From: Hyaloraphidium curvatum SAG 235-1
Taxonomy: Eukaryota; Fungi; Monoblepharomycota
DNA length: 64,000 bases
Assembly: GCA_025558095.1 (NCBI GenBank)
Contig: JAIVFI010000012.1
Coordinates: 1 to 64,000, forward strand
Reading direction: 5' to 3'
The number at the start of each line of letters is the position of its first letter. The first letter of the stretch is position 1. Below the pieces are notes generated by a model. The model was not told where the DNA came from. It worked only from the letters and a program-made list of their open reading frames with translations, and searched no databases. Positions 54,198-64,000 of this stretch are shown here, piece by piece. The position numbers were made by a program, and so were the translations under genes.

Positions 54198-55694
54198 ATG
54201 GAGCCCGAGGAACGCGAGCAAATGGAACTGCACCCGCCGCACAAGCCTGGGAATGCACCGGCGGAGTTTTTGGCCTTCACACCGCGCGAGTTCCTCGCGC
54301 TCTTTCCCGTCGCTCCGGTTCCGCCGCCCGACGCGCTGTGCCGCGACCCGCCGGCGGACCCCGCCGGAAAACTGCGGGCCTCCGAGCCTCTGGACCGCGA
54401 AAGCCTCCTTTCCGCGCTCCGACCGTCCCCGTTGCTCGCGGCGTCGGCGAGAGCGCAAGTGGCCCTCGCGCCGTGGGTGGTGCCGTTCCACGCGTGGAGG
54501 GCCGCCGCCTTTTTCGGCACCGGCTCGGCCCTGGTCTCGGTGCAGTGGGCGCTGCGGGATTCCCTCGGCCGTTTCTCGCCCGCCGAGTTGGCAGTCGGGA
54601 CCTTTGTCACCCTTCTTCACGCGGCGGCCACCGGCCTGGTGATGGTCTCCGCGCCCGCAAGGTTCACGCGGCGCTTTGCGATGCCCAAAGAACTGTCGAA
54701 CCACCCGCTGGCCGTGTTTGCCCGCTGGGCGCAGCTGGCCGCCGCGGAGCCTGGCTCGCCCCTGCTCCGCCACGAGCCCGACGACCCCCTGTGCCCGTGC
54801 CCAGCCAAAGCCTGCGCGGGCAAGCTGCTTGCCCGCGCGGGCGCCCTGCGGGGGCTGGAAGTAGCCGGACACATCGCGTCGGGCTTCCAGTTCTACTTCT
54901 TTATCTACCTCACCATGCCCGCGCTAGCTTACGCGAGCGTCACGTGGGCCACCCCTTGGGCGGCCGCGCTGACCGCACTTTATATCTTGCTGATGGTCGA
55001 GTACCATTGCCTGAGCCTCCTGGGTGCCGGGCGGACCAACGTTGGCGCCCTGATGCTCTCACTGCGCCTGCACCGTCGAGCGGCAGCACTGGCCCTGCGC
55101 GCCTTGCTGGCCCGGCAGCGCGCGGCGGCCGTCAACCCGCCCGAATTTACTGGCGCCGCCGACTCGGCTCCGCCCGACGAACCCTACCTCGTGCTGCTCG
55201 ACTCTCTTGGCCCCACCTGGCGCGCGCGTGTGCAAGCCCTCGGCGCGGCCTCGGGCCCCCTCATCCTCTTTGCCCTCCCTGTGTATGCAGTTATCGTCGC
55301 TGTGACCGGCATCGCTTTCGGCAACTGCCTCCCCTTTGGCGCCCTCGCGGCAGCCATACACACCGCCTTCCTCGTCACCCTCGACCTGGCCGCCTTCTCG
55401 GCCAGCAACGCGCACGTTTCCGTGGTCATTGCCCTCGTCGATGAGTGCCGCGCAGCCCTGCAGCGCACATCCCCTCCCTCGGGCCCCGCTTCCGATCAAT
55501 TGGAGCGGCACGACCGCCTCCTTGCCGCCTTCTCCCGCGCGCGCGACGCCTCCCTGGCCAAGTTCATGGGGTTCCGCGTGGACGCGGCGGTGGCGCGCAA
55601 CGTGGCCGCGACGGCGCTGACCCTTGCCGTGGGGCTGTGGAGCATACTGAGGGGGGGAGGGGTGAGGGTGACGCTGTACACTACGTGCGGGTGA
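54198..55694 (+). CDS. Multi-pass membrane protein, paralogue 3
   Basis: FTPREFLALFP, LLRHEPDDPLCPCPAKAC, CLPF and KFMGFRVD...LWSILRGGGVRVTLYTTC. Confidence 0.8.
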   Translation: MEPEEREQMELHPPHKPGNAPAEFLAFTPREFLALFPVAPVPPPDALCRDPPADPAGKLRASEPLDRESLLSALRPSPLLAASARAQVALAPWVVPFHAWRAAAFFGTGSALVSVQWALRDSLGRFSPAELAVGTFVTLLHAAATGLVMVSAPARFTRRFAMPKELSNHPLAVFARWAQLAAAEPGSPLLRHEPDDPLCPCPAKACAGKLLARAGALRGLEVAGHIASGFQFYFFIYLTMPALAYASVTWATPWAAALTALYILLMVEYHCLSLLGAGRTNVGALMLSLRLHRRAAALALRALLARQRAAAVNPPEFTGAADSAPPDEPYLVLLDSLGPTWRARVQALGAASGPLILFALPVYAVIVAVTGIAFGNCLPFGALAAAIHTAFLVTLDLAAFSASNAHVSVVIALVDECRAALQRTSPPSGPASDQLERHDRLLAAFSRARDASLAKFMGFRVDAAVARNVAATALTLAVGLWSILRGGGVRVTLYTTCG

Positions 55695-56118
55695 GGGAAT
55701 GGGGGTTCGAGTGGGGACCTGAAAAGTCGCCGCAGCGAGAGCTCACTCTCGATCTAGCAAGCAGTACCAAATACCCCGATGTCCGTGTAATGGATCTTCC
55801 TGGCGCCTTTCACGGCGCGTTGTGAACTCCCGCCGATGTGGCACCTGCGGAGGAGCGCCACCTACTTCGGGACCCGCAAATGTCCCCCACCGGAATCCCG
55901 CGCTGTTTCCGCCGAAACCACCGCGAAACATTTGCGCTGACGAGGCGGATCTGATGGTGTTGGGGAGGAACCCGTTCGAGGTGGACCCGGACGTACGATG
56001 CGAGGGACACGCAGTGATTCGAATGTGATGGAACGGCGCGGCACCGGAGACGCGCCCTTTAGCCCCCGCGAACTGTCGCACGACGTCACAGGTTTCGACC
56101 GCGAGCTCGCAGAAAGCT

Positions 56119-56442
56119 ATGCCCCAGCACTTCCAGACCCCCGCCACCGCTGGGCCAGGGATCGGAGCGCCCGCGGGGACGGCGCCCCTATCGGCCGCCC
56201 AGGCCTCTGCCTACCAAGCCGCCGCCGAGATCCTCGCGGCCCACTTCGGCACGGACCACCTTCTGGATTTCACGCTCGACGCCCTCCGCGGTGCCTTAAG
56301 CTACGGTCCCGCCGAACACCGGGACGACGCCGAGGCGATGGGAAAGGTCGCCTTCGCGCTCTTCAGATTCGGCGGGATGAGGGTCGTGGCGGACGAGCTC
56401 GAGGCGGCGAACGCGGTGGACGGACTGCTGCGGCTCATCTGA
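56119..56442 (+). CDS. Small hypothetical helical protein (107 aa)
   Basis: ORF with GC3-rich codons. No recognisable domain. Confidence 0.45.
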   Translation: MPQHFQTPATAGPGIGAPAGTAPLSAAQASAYQAAAEILAAHFGTDHLLDFTLDALRGALSYGPAEHRDDAEAMGKVAFALFRFGGMRVVADELEAANAVDGLLRLI

Positions 56443-56729
56443 CGTTGGTCCCTTGTCATTGAGCTCGGGCCCGTGGGCCGAACAGAAGAAGGTGCTCAGC
56501 ATGAACGATGATTCACCCGGTGAGGGTTGACAGAGGCGACGGTCGGCGAGCGACAAAAGCAGCAGCATTCCTTTACTTCAATATTTGTGTAGAATTGATC
56601 ATCCTCCGGCACCAGAATGGTCCCCTCCGAGATGAGCTCCGGCGCCCCACCCCAATGGCTCGCCACCGACCATCGTCCCCCGACTGATGTGTCGCGAGCG
56701 ATGAATAGTTGGTTTTCTTAACAATACGC

Positions 56730-57700
56730 CTACAGGACTACCTCCGGCGCCAGCATCGTCCCCTCCGAGATGAGTACCGACGCGCCACCCACGCGCACCG
56801 CCGCGACCTCCCCACCGCGCCTCTCCGCCTCTGCAGCGATCCTGCTCGCCCTGCCCATCTCGATCCCCTGCGCGATATCCCACCGATGAATGCCGTCCGT
56901 GGGTGCCCGCTTCGCGAGGTAGGCCGCCAGGCATGCCGCGGCGGAGCCCGTGGCAGGATCCTCGGGCACGCTGCTCTCCGGGATAAACACGCGGACGCGG
57001 ATGTCGTACCCGCGGACGTGCGGCGGCAGGTGGGAATCGTCCTCGTCGGGGTTGCGCAGGGCAAAGATCATGGGCCACGAGGCCCACTTGTCGGCGAGCA
57101 GCCCCTGCCAGGCTACAGTGTCCAGCCGGGCGCGCGAGACGGCCGCGGTGCTGGCCAGGGGGACGACCAGGAACGGCAGGCCGCAGCTGACCCCCGTTGG
57201 AGAATAGAGCGGGGAGAGGTCGCTTGCTTCTAGCGAGAGCATGCCGGCAATCGCCGCTGCGTCGGCGACCTCGACGCGCTCCTCGGGCGGCTGGGCGACC
57301 GTGAGCTGGCCCCGCAGCGGCTTCCCCTCATCATTTAGGGCGACCCGAACGCGCACCGGACCCACGCCCTCGCCCAGCACGAGCGTCATCTCGCGGGCAG
57401 CCCGCTCGGCGTCCGTTGGGTTCACTTCCCCCGTCGCGGCCAGCACGTGCGCGGCCTGCCGAGAGTCGGGTGGCCGGCGAAGGGAACCTCCACCTCCGGC
57501 GTGAAGATGCGCACGCGGCGGACCGTGCCCTCGGCCTCGGGCGGCAGCACGAACGTCGTCTCGGAGAGGTTGAACTCGAGCGCCACGGCCTGCAGCGCTG
57601 CGTCGGGCAAGCCTTCGGCGCCGAACACGACGGCAAGCGGGTTCCCGGAGAAGGCCGACGGCGTAAAGACGTCCGCGGTGACGAACCGGAGGCGGCGCAT
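56730..57700 (-). pseudogene. PhzF/DAP-epimerase-family isomerase with a 1-nt frameshift near 57456
   Basis: DVFT...FSGNPLAVV, EFNLSETTF, RIFTP..EVPFAGHPTLG, then a shifted frame AAHVLA...EDPATGSA...QGIEMGR.S...VGG. Reads GGC AG GCC where one base is missing, with no intron signals. Confidence 0.75.
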
Positions 57701-57781
57701 CGTTGACCCGTGGACGATCGCGTTGTTTACCGTTTGTTTACCGTCTCAGAAAACGGGGCCTCCCGCTTTGCTCGCGCTCCG

Positions 57782-59182
57782 ATGCGGCATGGCGCGCCGG
57801 GGCCCCCTTCCGGCCGCCGCGACCATCTGCTCACGATCCTATGGCTCCTTGTCCCCGCGCTCTTGTTTTCCCTGGGCGTGTTTGCGTGCTGGGAACCGCC
57901 GCCAGACCCCTGTGTTCCCCAACCGATATGGCGCCGGAGCTCCCCCCGGAAGCGGACCAGGCAGCACAGCGCGTGCAAGGACCTGCCCTACCTCGGGCAG
58001 ATCGAGAGGGACCTTGCACCCTATCCGAAATTCGCGGACATCTCCTTCGAGGCGCTCAACGCGAGCGTGCCCGACATGCCGGGCATGGCCCGCTTCGTCG
58101 TCGCCGGCCTGGACATCCTCGAGGTGCCCAACCCGCACCATTCGGGCCCGTGCCCGCGGTGCGCCGGCGTGCTGCGGTTTCTGGCCGTCGTGCTGGGCTG
58201 GTATGCCGCCAACGTCTCCCCGCGGGGCCTGCGCGCCGACCTGTTGTTCTACCTGCACGACGCGCCCGTCCTCGACCCGGACACCCTCGCCGTCAAGCGG
58301 TACTGGGAAGATGGCTGGTCTCCGCCGCCGCAGGCCGGCTCCAGGGTGCCCTACATTATGTTCTGCAGCTGGCCTGGGACCGGCGCCATCCACTTCCCCT
58401 TCTTCGACACCTACCTGGACTGGGACCGCCGCGTCCGTTCCATCCGGAAAGCCGGCGCGCGCGTCCGCTTCCGCGACAAGCGGCCCGTGCTCTTCTGGCG
58501 GGGCTCCAACACCGGCCCCTATGCCCTCGTCGGCCCGACGGACCCGCCGCGGAGCAGGCTCGTCGCGCTCTGCTCTTCCTCCTCCGCCGCGCGGGACCGC
58601 TGCGACGCCGGGTTCACCGCCTTACACGACGTCGGTTCCGCCCTCGCGGCCGAGATGAACCGCACATTCGGCACCCGCCCCTTTATACCCCTCCCTGACG
58701 CCGCAAAATCCTTCGCCTACCTCGCCGTCCTGGACGGCAACGCGTGGCCGGACCGGCTGTCTTCAGTGCTCGCCGCGGGGGCCGTGCCGTTCAAGCAGCG
58801 CTCGCCTTACACGGAGTTCTTTTCGTCGGGCCTGAAGGAGTGGGAGCACTTTGTTCCGCTCCGCTCGGACGTCGCGGACGCGCTGGAGAGGGTGGACTGG
58901 GCGAGAGCGCACCCCGACGAGGCGGAGCGGATCGCGGAGAACGCGAGGGGTTTCGTTGACGCCCACCTGAGGGAGGAGTCGGTGCACTGCTATGTCGCGG
59001 CGCTGCTCGAGGCCTACTCCGAGAGGCAGGGCGGGGATGGGGTGCCCCCCGGAGCGCTGCTCCGGGCCGCGTCGTGCCCGTTGCCGGGGCCGGGGATGGT
59101 TTGCCTCGCGGGCTGGGCGGGACCGGCGGCGGCCGTGTGGGGCGCGGTGTACTGGTTCTGGAGTCGGACCAGGGGATCGTGA
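57782..59182 (+). CDS. Glycosyltransferase family 90 (CAP10/KDELC/POGLUT-like)
   Basis: N-terminal TM, DKRPVLFWRGSNTG, VLDGNAWPDRL, EFF..GLKEWEHFVPL and WARAHPDEAERIAENAR.F. Confidence 0.85.
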   Translation: MRHGAPGPPSGRRDHLLTILWLLVPALLFSLGVFACWEPPPDPCVPQPIWRRSSPRKRTRQHSACKDLPYLGQIERDLAPYPKFADISFEALNASVPDMPGMARFVVAGLDILEVPNPHHSGPCPRCAGVLRFLAVVLGWYAANVSPRGLRADLLFYLHDAPVLDPDTLAVKRYWEDGWSPPPQAGSRVPYIMFCSWPGTGAIHFPFFDTYLDWDRRVRSIRKAGARVRFRDKRPVLFWRGSNTGPYALVGPTDPPRSRLVALCSSSSAARDRCDAGFTALHDVGSALAAEMNRTFGTRPFIPLPDAAKSFAYLAVLDGNAWPDRLSSVLAAGAVPFKQRSPYTEFFSSGLKEWEHFVPLRSDVADALERVDWARAHPDEAERIAENARGFVDAHLREESVHCYVAALLEAYSERQGGDGVPPGALLRAASCPLPGPGMVCLAGWAGPAAAVWGAVYWFWSRTRGS

Positions 59183-59457
59183 TGCGCGGGCGGGACAAGG
59201 GATGGTCATGTGTGTCGAAATATCAGTTTGCCTCTGAAACGAAGCATGTCGTAATCTATCTCCGCTCTACGTAGCACGAAAGGACCGCCTGAACAACGCT
59301 TTTCCGACGTCAATCGACACCGATCCACTCTCCTCATCACGTTCGCCAAGTTGTCCATGGACAGCCAGAAGTCCGCGGCCCTCGTCATCAGAGTTGCCGA
59401 GTCGCCGTGGTCGTCGGCCTGCGTGTCTTCGTCGCGGTTCTGGTGCGGGTTTTCTTC

Positions 59458-59645
59458 GTGGAGCTGGTGGAAGAGGGCGTCGCAGTCCTGCTACGGCTGC
59501 TCGACACTTTCTTTGTCGAGCTTGTTGACGACGGCGTCGCCGTCCTGGTGCGAGTGCTGGATACTTTCCTAGTGGAGCTGGTCGAGGACGGCGTCGCAGT
59601 CCTGGTACGGCTGCTGGACACTTTCTTTGTGGAGCTGGTCGAAGA
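59458..59645 (-). repeat. About 3.3 x 57-bp tandem repeat encoding SSTSST(K/R)KVSS(S/T)R(T/S)RTATP
   Basis: Units start at 59458, 59515, 59572 and 59629 (partial). Differences between units are mostly synonymous in the minus-strand frame 59388-59654. Confidence 0.85.
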
Positions 59646-60150
59646 TCTCGGCAATTGGTCTCCCCATCTCCCAAGACGTCACCACGAATCGCGTTGTGAC
59701 ACGGCCGGTGCGCACCGGCCGGAGCATACCCGTAACCCAGGCATGTAGGGAGGCGCTGAGCCGGCAACACCAGCGCCCGTATGTTCATCGCACAGGCCCG
59801 CTCACCGTGCCGTCATCGTGCCCGTGCCGCGCGCCGCCGTGAAGAAGGGATGCTCACCTGGAAGAAGTCCGGCGGGTGTCCCGCGTTGTCATTGCCATAA
59901 GCGCCGTAGTAGCCGTTGAAGGGGTTCATGAGGGCGTAGATCGTGAGAAGACGGTAGCACGGGCAGGCTTGGCAGGCACGCGGCAGAGCGACGAAGACGG
60001 GCGACGGCGTCGGTGAGGCGAGGATCGAATCGAAACCGCAGCATCTGGCATACATTCTCGGTCGGTGACCCTGGCTGCATGCCACGCATCTTGCGCCCGT
60101 GCTGATTCCGGGCCCTACTGGGTGGAAGCGCAGCCTACGGAACTGCCTCC

Positions 60151-61638
60151 TTACCCACCGCCCCCGGAACACACGCTCTCCAGGGTCACCGCCACCCCGA
60201 CGCCCCGCAGCACGCCCCATACCACCCCGACCACCGTCAGCATCGAGAGCACGACCACCCTGACGACGCCGTAGTCGACCCTCACGCCCAGAAACGCGGC
60301 CCTGTCCCGGTCGCCCTCGAGGAACCCCGACAGAACCAAGTCGTGCGCCGCCAGCGCGTCCACGGCGGGACCCGAGGGTGCAAAGGCACGGAGGCGGCGG
60401 ATCTCGGCGCGCGCGAGACGGAACAGGTCCAGGACGGCGCCGACGCCGGCGTTGAAGCGGGCGATCCCGAGAAGGTCCTCGACGATAAAGGCAAAGAGGT
60501 AGACGATGTTGGTGAGGACCCAGGCTGGGACGCAGGAGGAGCCCCCGGCGTAGATGACGCCGGAAACAAGGCTAGTAACGATGGCCCAAGCCCGGCTTTT
60601 CTGAAGGATCCGGTAACTGTGGAAGCGGCGCTGCCAAGCGGGGGCAAGTATGTTGTGGAGGGCGATGTACTGCATGTCGGATGAGTCCTTTAGTGGCTGC
60701 ACGGGCGGCGAAGGAGCATCTGCGAGGCGGTGGAGATGCGAGATCAGGTCCGACACGGCCAGCGCTGTTGCCCGCGCCTGTAGTCGCGCCTCCAGCGCGA
60801 CCGCACTGGGCTGGCTATGCCCGTACGAGAGGCCTAACATGGGGATACAGTAGCTGATGCAGGAGTTGAAGAGGAATAGTGTTGCCACGGTGGCGCTCCA
60901 CGCATGCGTCCATGTCTCGAAGCCCAGCGTGACAAAGGGCGTGTAGAACACGAGAAAGGTGCGGATCGTGGCAACCAAGAGGAGGATGACTACATTGCGA
61001 GCCGAGGACGACCACAGTGGAGCAGTTGCAAGCTCGCGTGCACAGTTCTCGCGAGGACATGGGCACACAGGATCCCCGTCTTTGTGCTTCAGGAGGGGCG
61101 AACCAGGAAAGTCCCCTGTGCCGTCGGCGCCCGACTCAAGGCCTCTGTCATTCCTTGCGCCCTCGCCCGATCGCTCAAGATACCCGACAATCAAGGCTGT
61201 GTCCCCAAAGCTCGCCAAATCGCCGACGCGGCTCGTGCGGAGCTTCCAAAGGCCCAGCCGGGCGATGAGGTAGTGTACAAGGACCATGTCCAGCACCAAG
61301 GCCGCCGTCGCCGTCGCGTTGTTGCGCGTACCGTACTGCCCAAACACCCACGGCACGGCGAGCAAAGGCACAGCCAAGAAAGGGAAAACCAACAAACGGG
61401 GCCATGTTGTGGCACGCCCGACCGCATCGGCCGCCAGCCGCATTCGCACCAACATGCGGGCGGCCGGGCGGCCGTGCAGCGCAGCGAGAAGGCGGCGCGC
61501 ATCGAGCGGCTCGCGTTTCGGCGGGACGGTCGCGGGTTCCGCCGGCGACCACGGCAAGGCGGGCGCGGGCACGGCCGTGGGCTGCAGGAGCGCGAGGTCG
61601 GCCGCGGAAAAGCGGCCTTGCGCGGGGGGCGCCGCCAT
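60151..61638 (-). CDS. Multi-pass membrane protein, paralogue 4
   Basis: FSAADLALLQP, LLKHKDGDPVCPCPRENC, CVPAW and AFLGVRVDYG...WGVLRGVGVAVTLESVC. Confidence 0.8.
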   Translation of the reverse strand: MAAPPAQGRFSAADLALLQPTAVPAPALPWSPAEPATVPPKREPLDARRLLAALHGRPAARMLVRMRLAADAVGRATTWPRLLVFPFLAVPLLAVPWVFGQYGTRNNATATAALVLDMVLVHYLIARLGLWKLRTSRVGDLASFGDTALIVGYLERSGEGARNDRGLESGADGTGDFPGSPLLKHKDGDPVCPCPRENCARELATAPLWSSSARNVVILLLVATIRTFLVFYTPFVTLGFETWTHAWSATVATLFLFNSCISYCIPMLGLSYGHSQPSAVALEARLQARATALAVSDLISHLHRLADAPSPPVQPLKDSSDMQYIALHNILAPAWQRRFHSYRILQKSRAWAIVTSLVSGVIYAGGSSCVPAWVLTNIVYLFAFIVEDLLGIARFNAGVGAVLDLFRLARAEIRRLRAFAPSGPAVDALAAHDLVLSGFLEGDRDRAAFLGVRVDYGVVRVVVLSMLTVVGVVWGVLRGVGVAVTLESVCSGGGG

Positions 61639-62118
61639 GGGCTGCCAAGGGGGGGCGATGAACGGGATGTTGGCGATGGAACTTTCCCTTCGATCGGCTG
61701 TTCGATCGGTCCGCACGCTCCACGAGCTGCCGTGAAGCAGCACGACTTCTCGGGTGGATTTCTCGGGTGGAATGGACGAAGAGGGCAACTGCGAGATGAT
61801 CGGGAGGGCGATGATGCCGTGAGGGCGGGACGGGAGGCGAAATGCCAAGTACGGGTCCGCCTTGAATGAAATGCCGAGTCCAAGGGGATCGACTCAAACA
61901 CCGGGCCACCAGAGCTGCGCGAAGCGACGCAGCATTCACAAATGTATTATATTCCCGAAGTGTCGTGCGCCCTCTGATAAGTGCGCCAGCGCGAGCAGCA
62001 GCCACGTCTCCGATGCACGCACAGCCGCACCGCGTCCCGCCGACAAACGCAACGGCACGCTCCCGCGAAGAGAAGAGAAACCGATCCCCCCATCCTGCCG
62101 CCCTCACTCCCCCCGGAA

Positions 62119-63045
62119 ATGCCCACCGCGCCCGCGCCCGACGCCATCGCGCTGCACCCGCTGCGCCCGGCGCACTACGCTCCCCCCGGCGCCCGGCCGC
62201 GCTCCGCGGCGGACCTGCCCGGCACGTCGCCGGTGCACGCGCTGCAGGCGCTCGCATATCCCGAAAATCCGGAGTACCACGAGACCAACGCGATACTGGC
62301 GTCGTACCCGGCCCGGACGGGCGCCAGGGGTTTCCTGGCGTCGGCTGTGGTGCGTTGTTCCACCCCCGAGGAGGCACGCGAATGGGACGCCGTGGCGATC
62401 GGGACCGTCGAGGGCATCGGGGTGCGGGTGGCCGTGGGGTACATCTACGGTTACCCGCTGGATCCGGAGGCCGCGATGCCAGAGCTGCACCATCCCGTGG
62501 CCGAGGTCGGGGTGCCGGCGTGGGCGGAGCCCGATGCCGGGGGTGGGGCGGCCGGGGAGGACAAGGTGGTGGCGGAGGAGCGGGAAGCGAGGCTGGAGTG
62601 GGCGGCATTCCGCGGTACCGGCGCCGGGGAGCCCGATGTGCCTTCCCACGGCTCCTCCGAAACTCTCGCCTCCTCCGAGCCCGCGAAGCTCGCCTTCTAC
62701 CTCGCCGACCGCACCGTGCACCCCGCATTCCAGCGCCGCGGGATCGGCTCCCTTCTCCTGGACGCCCTCGTCGCCTCGGTGGCGCGGACCAACGCCGCCG
62801 CAGCTCGACAGATCGGATCCCCGGTCTTTCCGAGGATGTGGGCGATGAGCGTCAACGCGGCGCAGGTGGCCAACCTCGAACGGGCGTACGGGTTCGCGAG
62901 CCCTCTTTCGGAGCGGTACAAGGAGCCGGAGGGGGGGTACTGGGGGAGGGTGGAGAGGGAGCGGGCGGGCAAGGTGCCAGATTGCTTCGACCACGGCGAG
63001 GACGGGGAGCAGGCCATGTTCATGAGCAGGGACCTGGCTTTGTGA
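62119..63045 (+). CDS. GNAT-family acetyltransferase-like protein
   Basis: FYLADRTVHPAFQRRGIGSLLLDALV (acetyl-CoA binding motif A), MSVN and YGF. Confidence 0.75.
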   Translation: MPTAPAPDAIALHPLRPAHYAPPGARPRSAADLPGTSPVHALQALAYPENPEYHETNAILASYPARTGARGFLASAVVRCSTPEEAREWDAVAIGTVEGIGVRVAVGYIYGYPLDPEAAMPELHHPVAEVGVPAWAEPDAGGGAAGEDKVVAEEREARLEWAAFRGTGAGEPDVPSHGSSETLASSEPAKLAFYLADRTVHPAFQRRGIGSLLLDALVASVARTNAAAARQIGSPVFPRMWAMSVNAAQVANLERAYGFASPLSERYKEPEGGYWGRVERERAGKVPDCFDHGEDGEQAMFMSRDLAL

Positions 63046-63148
63046 CGATCTGCTATTGATGAACTTGTTTCGGTGACTCTCGCCCTTGATCGAGTCCTAC
63101 TTCGAGCGGCCAAAATCGGTGAGAGTCCGGTGCGGGTAAACACGCACA

Positions 63149-63982
63149 ATGCCCTCCGATCCCGCTGCCCCGGACGCCTACTCGGCCCTCTTCTCCCACC
63201 TCTCCTCGCTCGGTGCCACGGGCCTCGACCGCGTGCGCGTGGAGGACCGCGGGCCGCCGCGCGGGCGGGGGCTTTTTGCCGCGGCGCCGATACCCGGCGG
63301 GTCGCGCGTGCTGTCGGTGCCATTGCACGCGTGCGTGCGCGTCGAACTGGCGGGCGATGTGCTGGGACAGGACGTCGTTGAGAAATTCGACGCGTTGCGG
63401 GGGCCGGGAGCAACGTCGGGAGCGTTTGCGGGGCTTGGCGAGGCGGACGGCGCGGCGCTGCTCGCGCTGCTCCTCGTCCGGGCGCGCGGCGAACTGCTGG
63501 ACGGCGAGTCGCACCTCGCGGACGACTCCGCGGATGCCGGCGAACAGGATTCCCGATCCCGGGCCCGCGCGCTGCTCCGACACTACCTCCCCACTCTGCC
63601 CCCAGAAGTCCAAGGCGGCTTCCCCACCTCCCCCCCCGCCCGCGCCCTCACCGCCTCCCTCGCCGCGCGCCTCCTCCCCCTGCTTCCCCCCTCCCCCTCG
63701 CACACCCCGGACCGCTTCCTCTGGGCCTACTCGTGCGTGCTTTCCCGCTCAATGACCTTTGCCCTGCCCGACGGGAGCCAGCTCCTGTTGATGGTGCCGG
63801 CGGCGGACATGGCGAACCACCACCCGTCGCCGGCGGACGCGAGGTACCACCTGTATGCGACGGAGGAGAGGGAGGTCAGCTTGTATGCGAGGTGGGAGCT
63901 GGAGCCGGGGGAGGAGGTGACGATCAACTATGGCAGGGGGGTGGGCGAGGGCACGCTGCACTACGGCTTCGTCGTGCGCTAG
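63149..63982 (+). CDS. SET-domain lysine methyltransferase (SETD3/RuBisCO-LSMT-like)
   Basis: GRGLFA...I..G..VLSVP, FLWAYSCVLSRS, VPAADMANH and GEEVTINYG...LHYGFV. Confidence 0.85.
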   Translation: MPSDPAAPDAYSALFSHLSSLGATGLDRVRVEDRGPPRGRGLFAAAPIPGGSRVLSVPLHACVRVELAGDVLGQDVVEKFDALRGPGATSGAFAGLGEADGAALLALLLVRARGELLDGESHLADDSADAGEQDSRSRARALLRHYLPTLPPEVQGGFPTSPPARALTASLAARLLPLLPPSPSHTPDRFLWAYSCVLSRSMTFALPDGSQLLLMVPAADMANHHPSPADARYHLYATEEREVSLYARWELEPGEEVTINYGRGVGEGTLHYGFVVR

Positions 63983-64000
63983 CCATGTACCGGGCTAATC

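Noticed and set aside
59458-59645. CRISPR-like array
   Set aside because: Contiguous 57-bp units without unique spacers, codon-patterned variation, and a eukaryotic context.
1-64000. Prokaryotic origin or operon structure; rRNA or tRNA genes
   Set aside because: Spliceosomal introns interrupt most conserved genes, including bacterial-like ones. No rRNA or tRNA signatures were recognised.

Overview
GC-rich, gene-dense eukaryotic DNA with short spliceosomal introns (mostly 43-90 nt, GT-AG, occasionally GC-AG, CTGAC/CTAAC-like branch points). A fungal/animal-type GT3 glycogen synthase and a Crz1-like C2H2 factor suggest an early-diverging fungus, possibly a chytrid or monoblepharid (inference). 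About 35 genes are supported, and many ORF-track entries are only exon fragments or GC-rich shadow frames. Main result: at 32294-33893 (+) five introns splice six exons into one stop-free frame of about 440 aa encoding a Fanzor (eukaryotic TnpB-like RNA-guided nuclease). It has RuvC-I DPG, RuvC-II E-x-x-TS, a CxxC..CxxC zinc finger and RuvC-III RD-x-x-AA-x-NI, appears 5'-truncated, and is followed by a hairpin-containing segment where an omegaRNA would be expected. Other notable features: four paralogues of an uncharacterised multi-TM family with a GR/DUF3537-like C-terminus and a His/Cys motif; a head-to-head pair of Cys-rich secreted paralogues; a tetraspanin-like protein fused to an HNH-like domain; a bacterial-type single-chain acyl-CoA carboxylase with introns and a PTS2; a stand-alone L7/L12 C-terminal domain; and several intronless bacterial-like enzymes. 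All gene models were spliced by eye and no database search was run.
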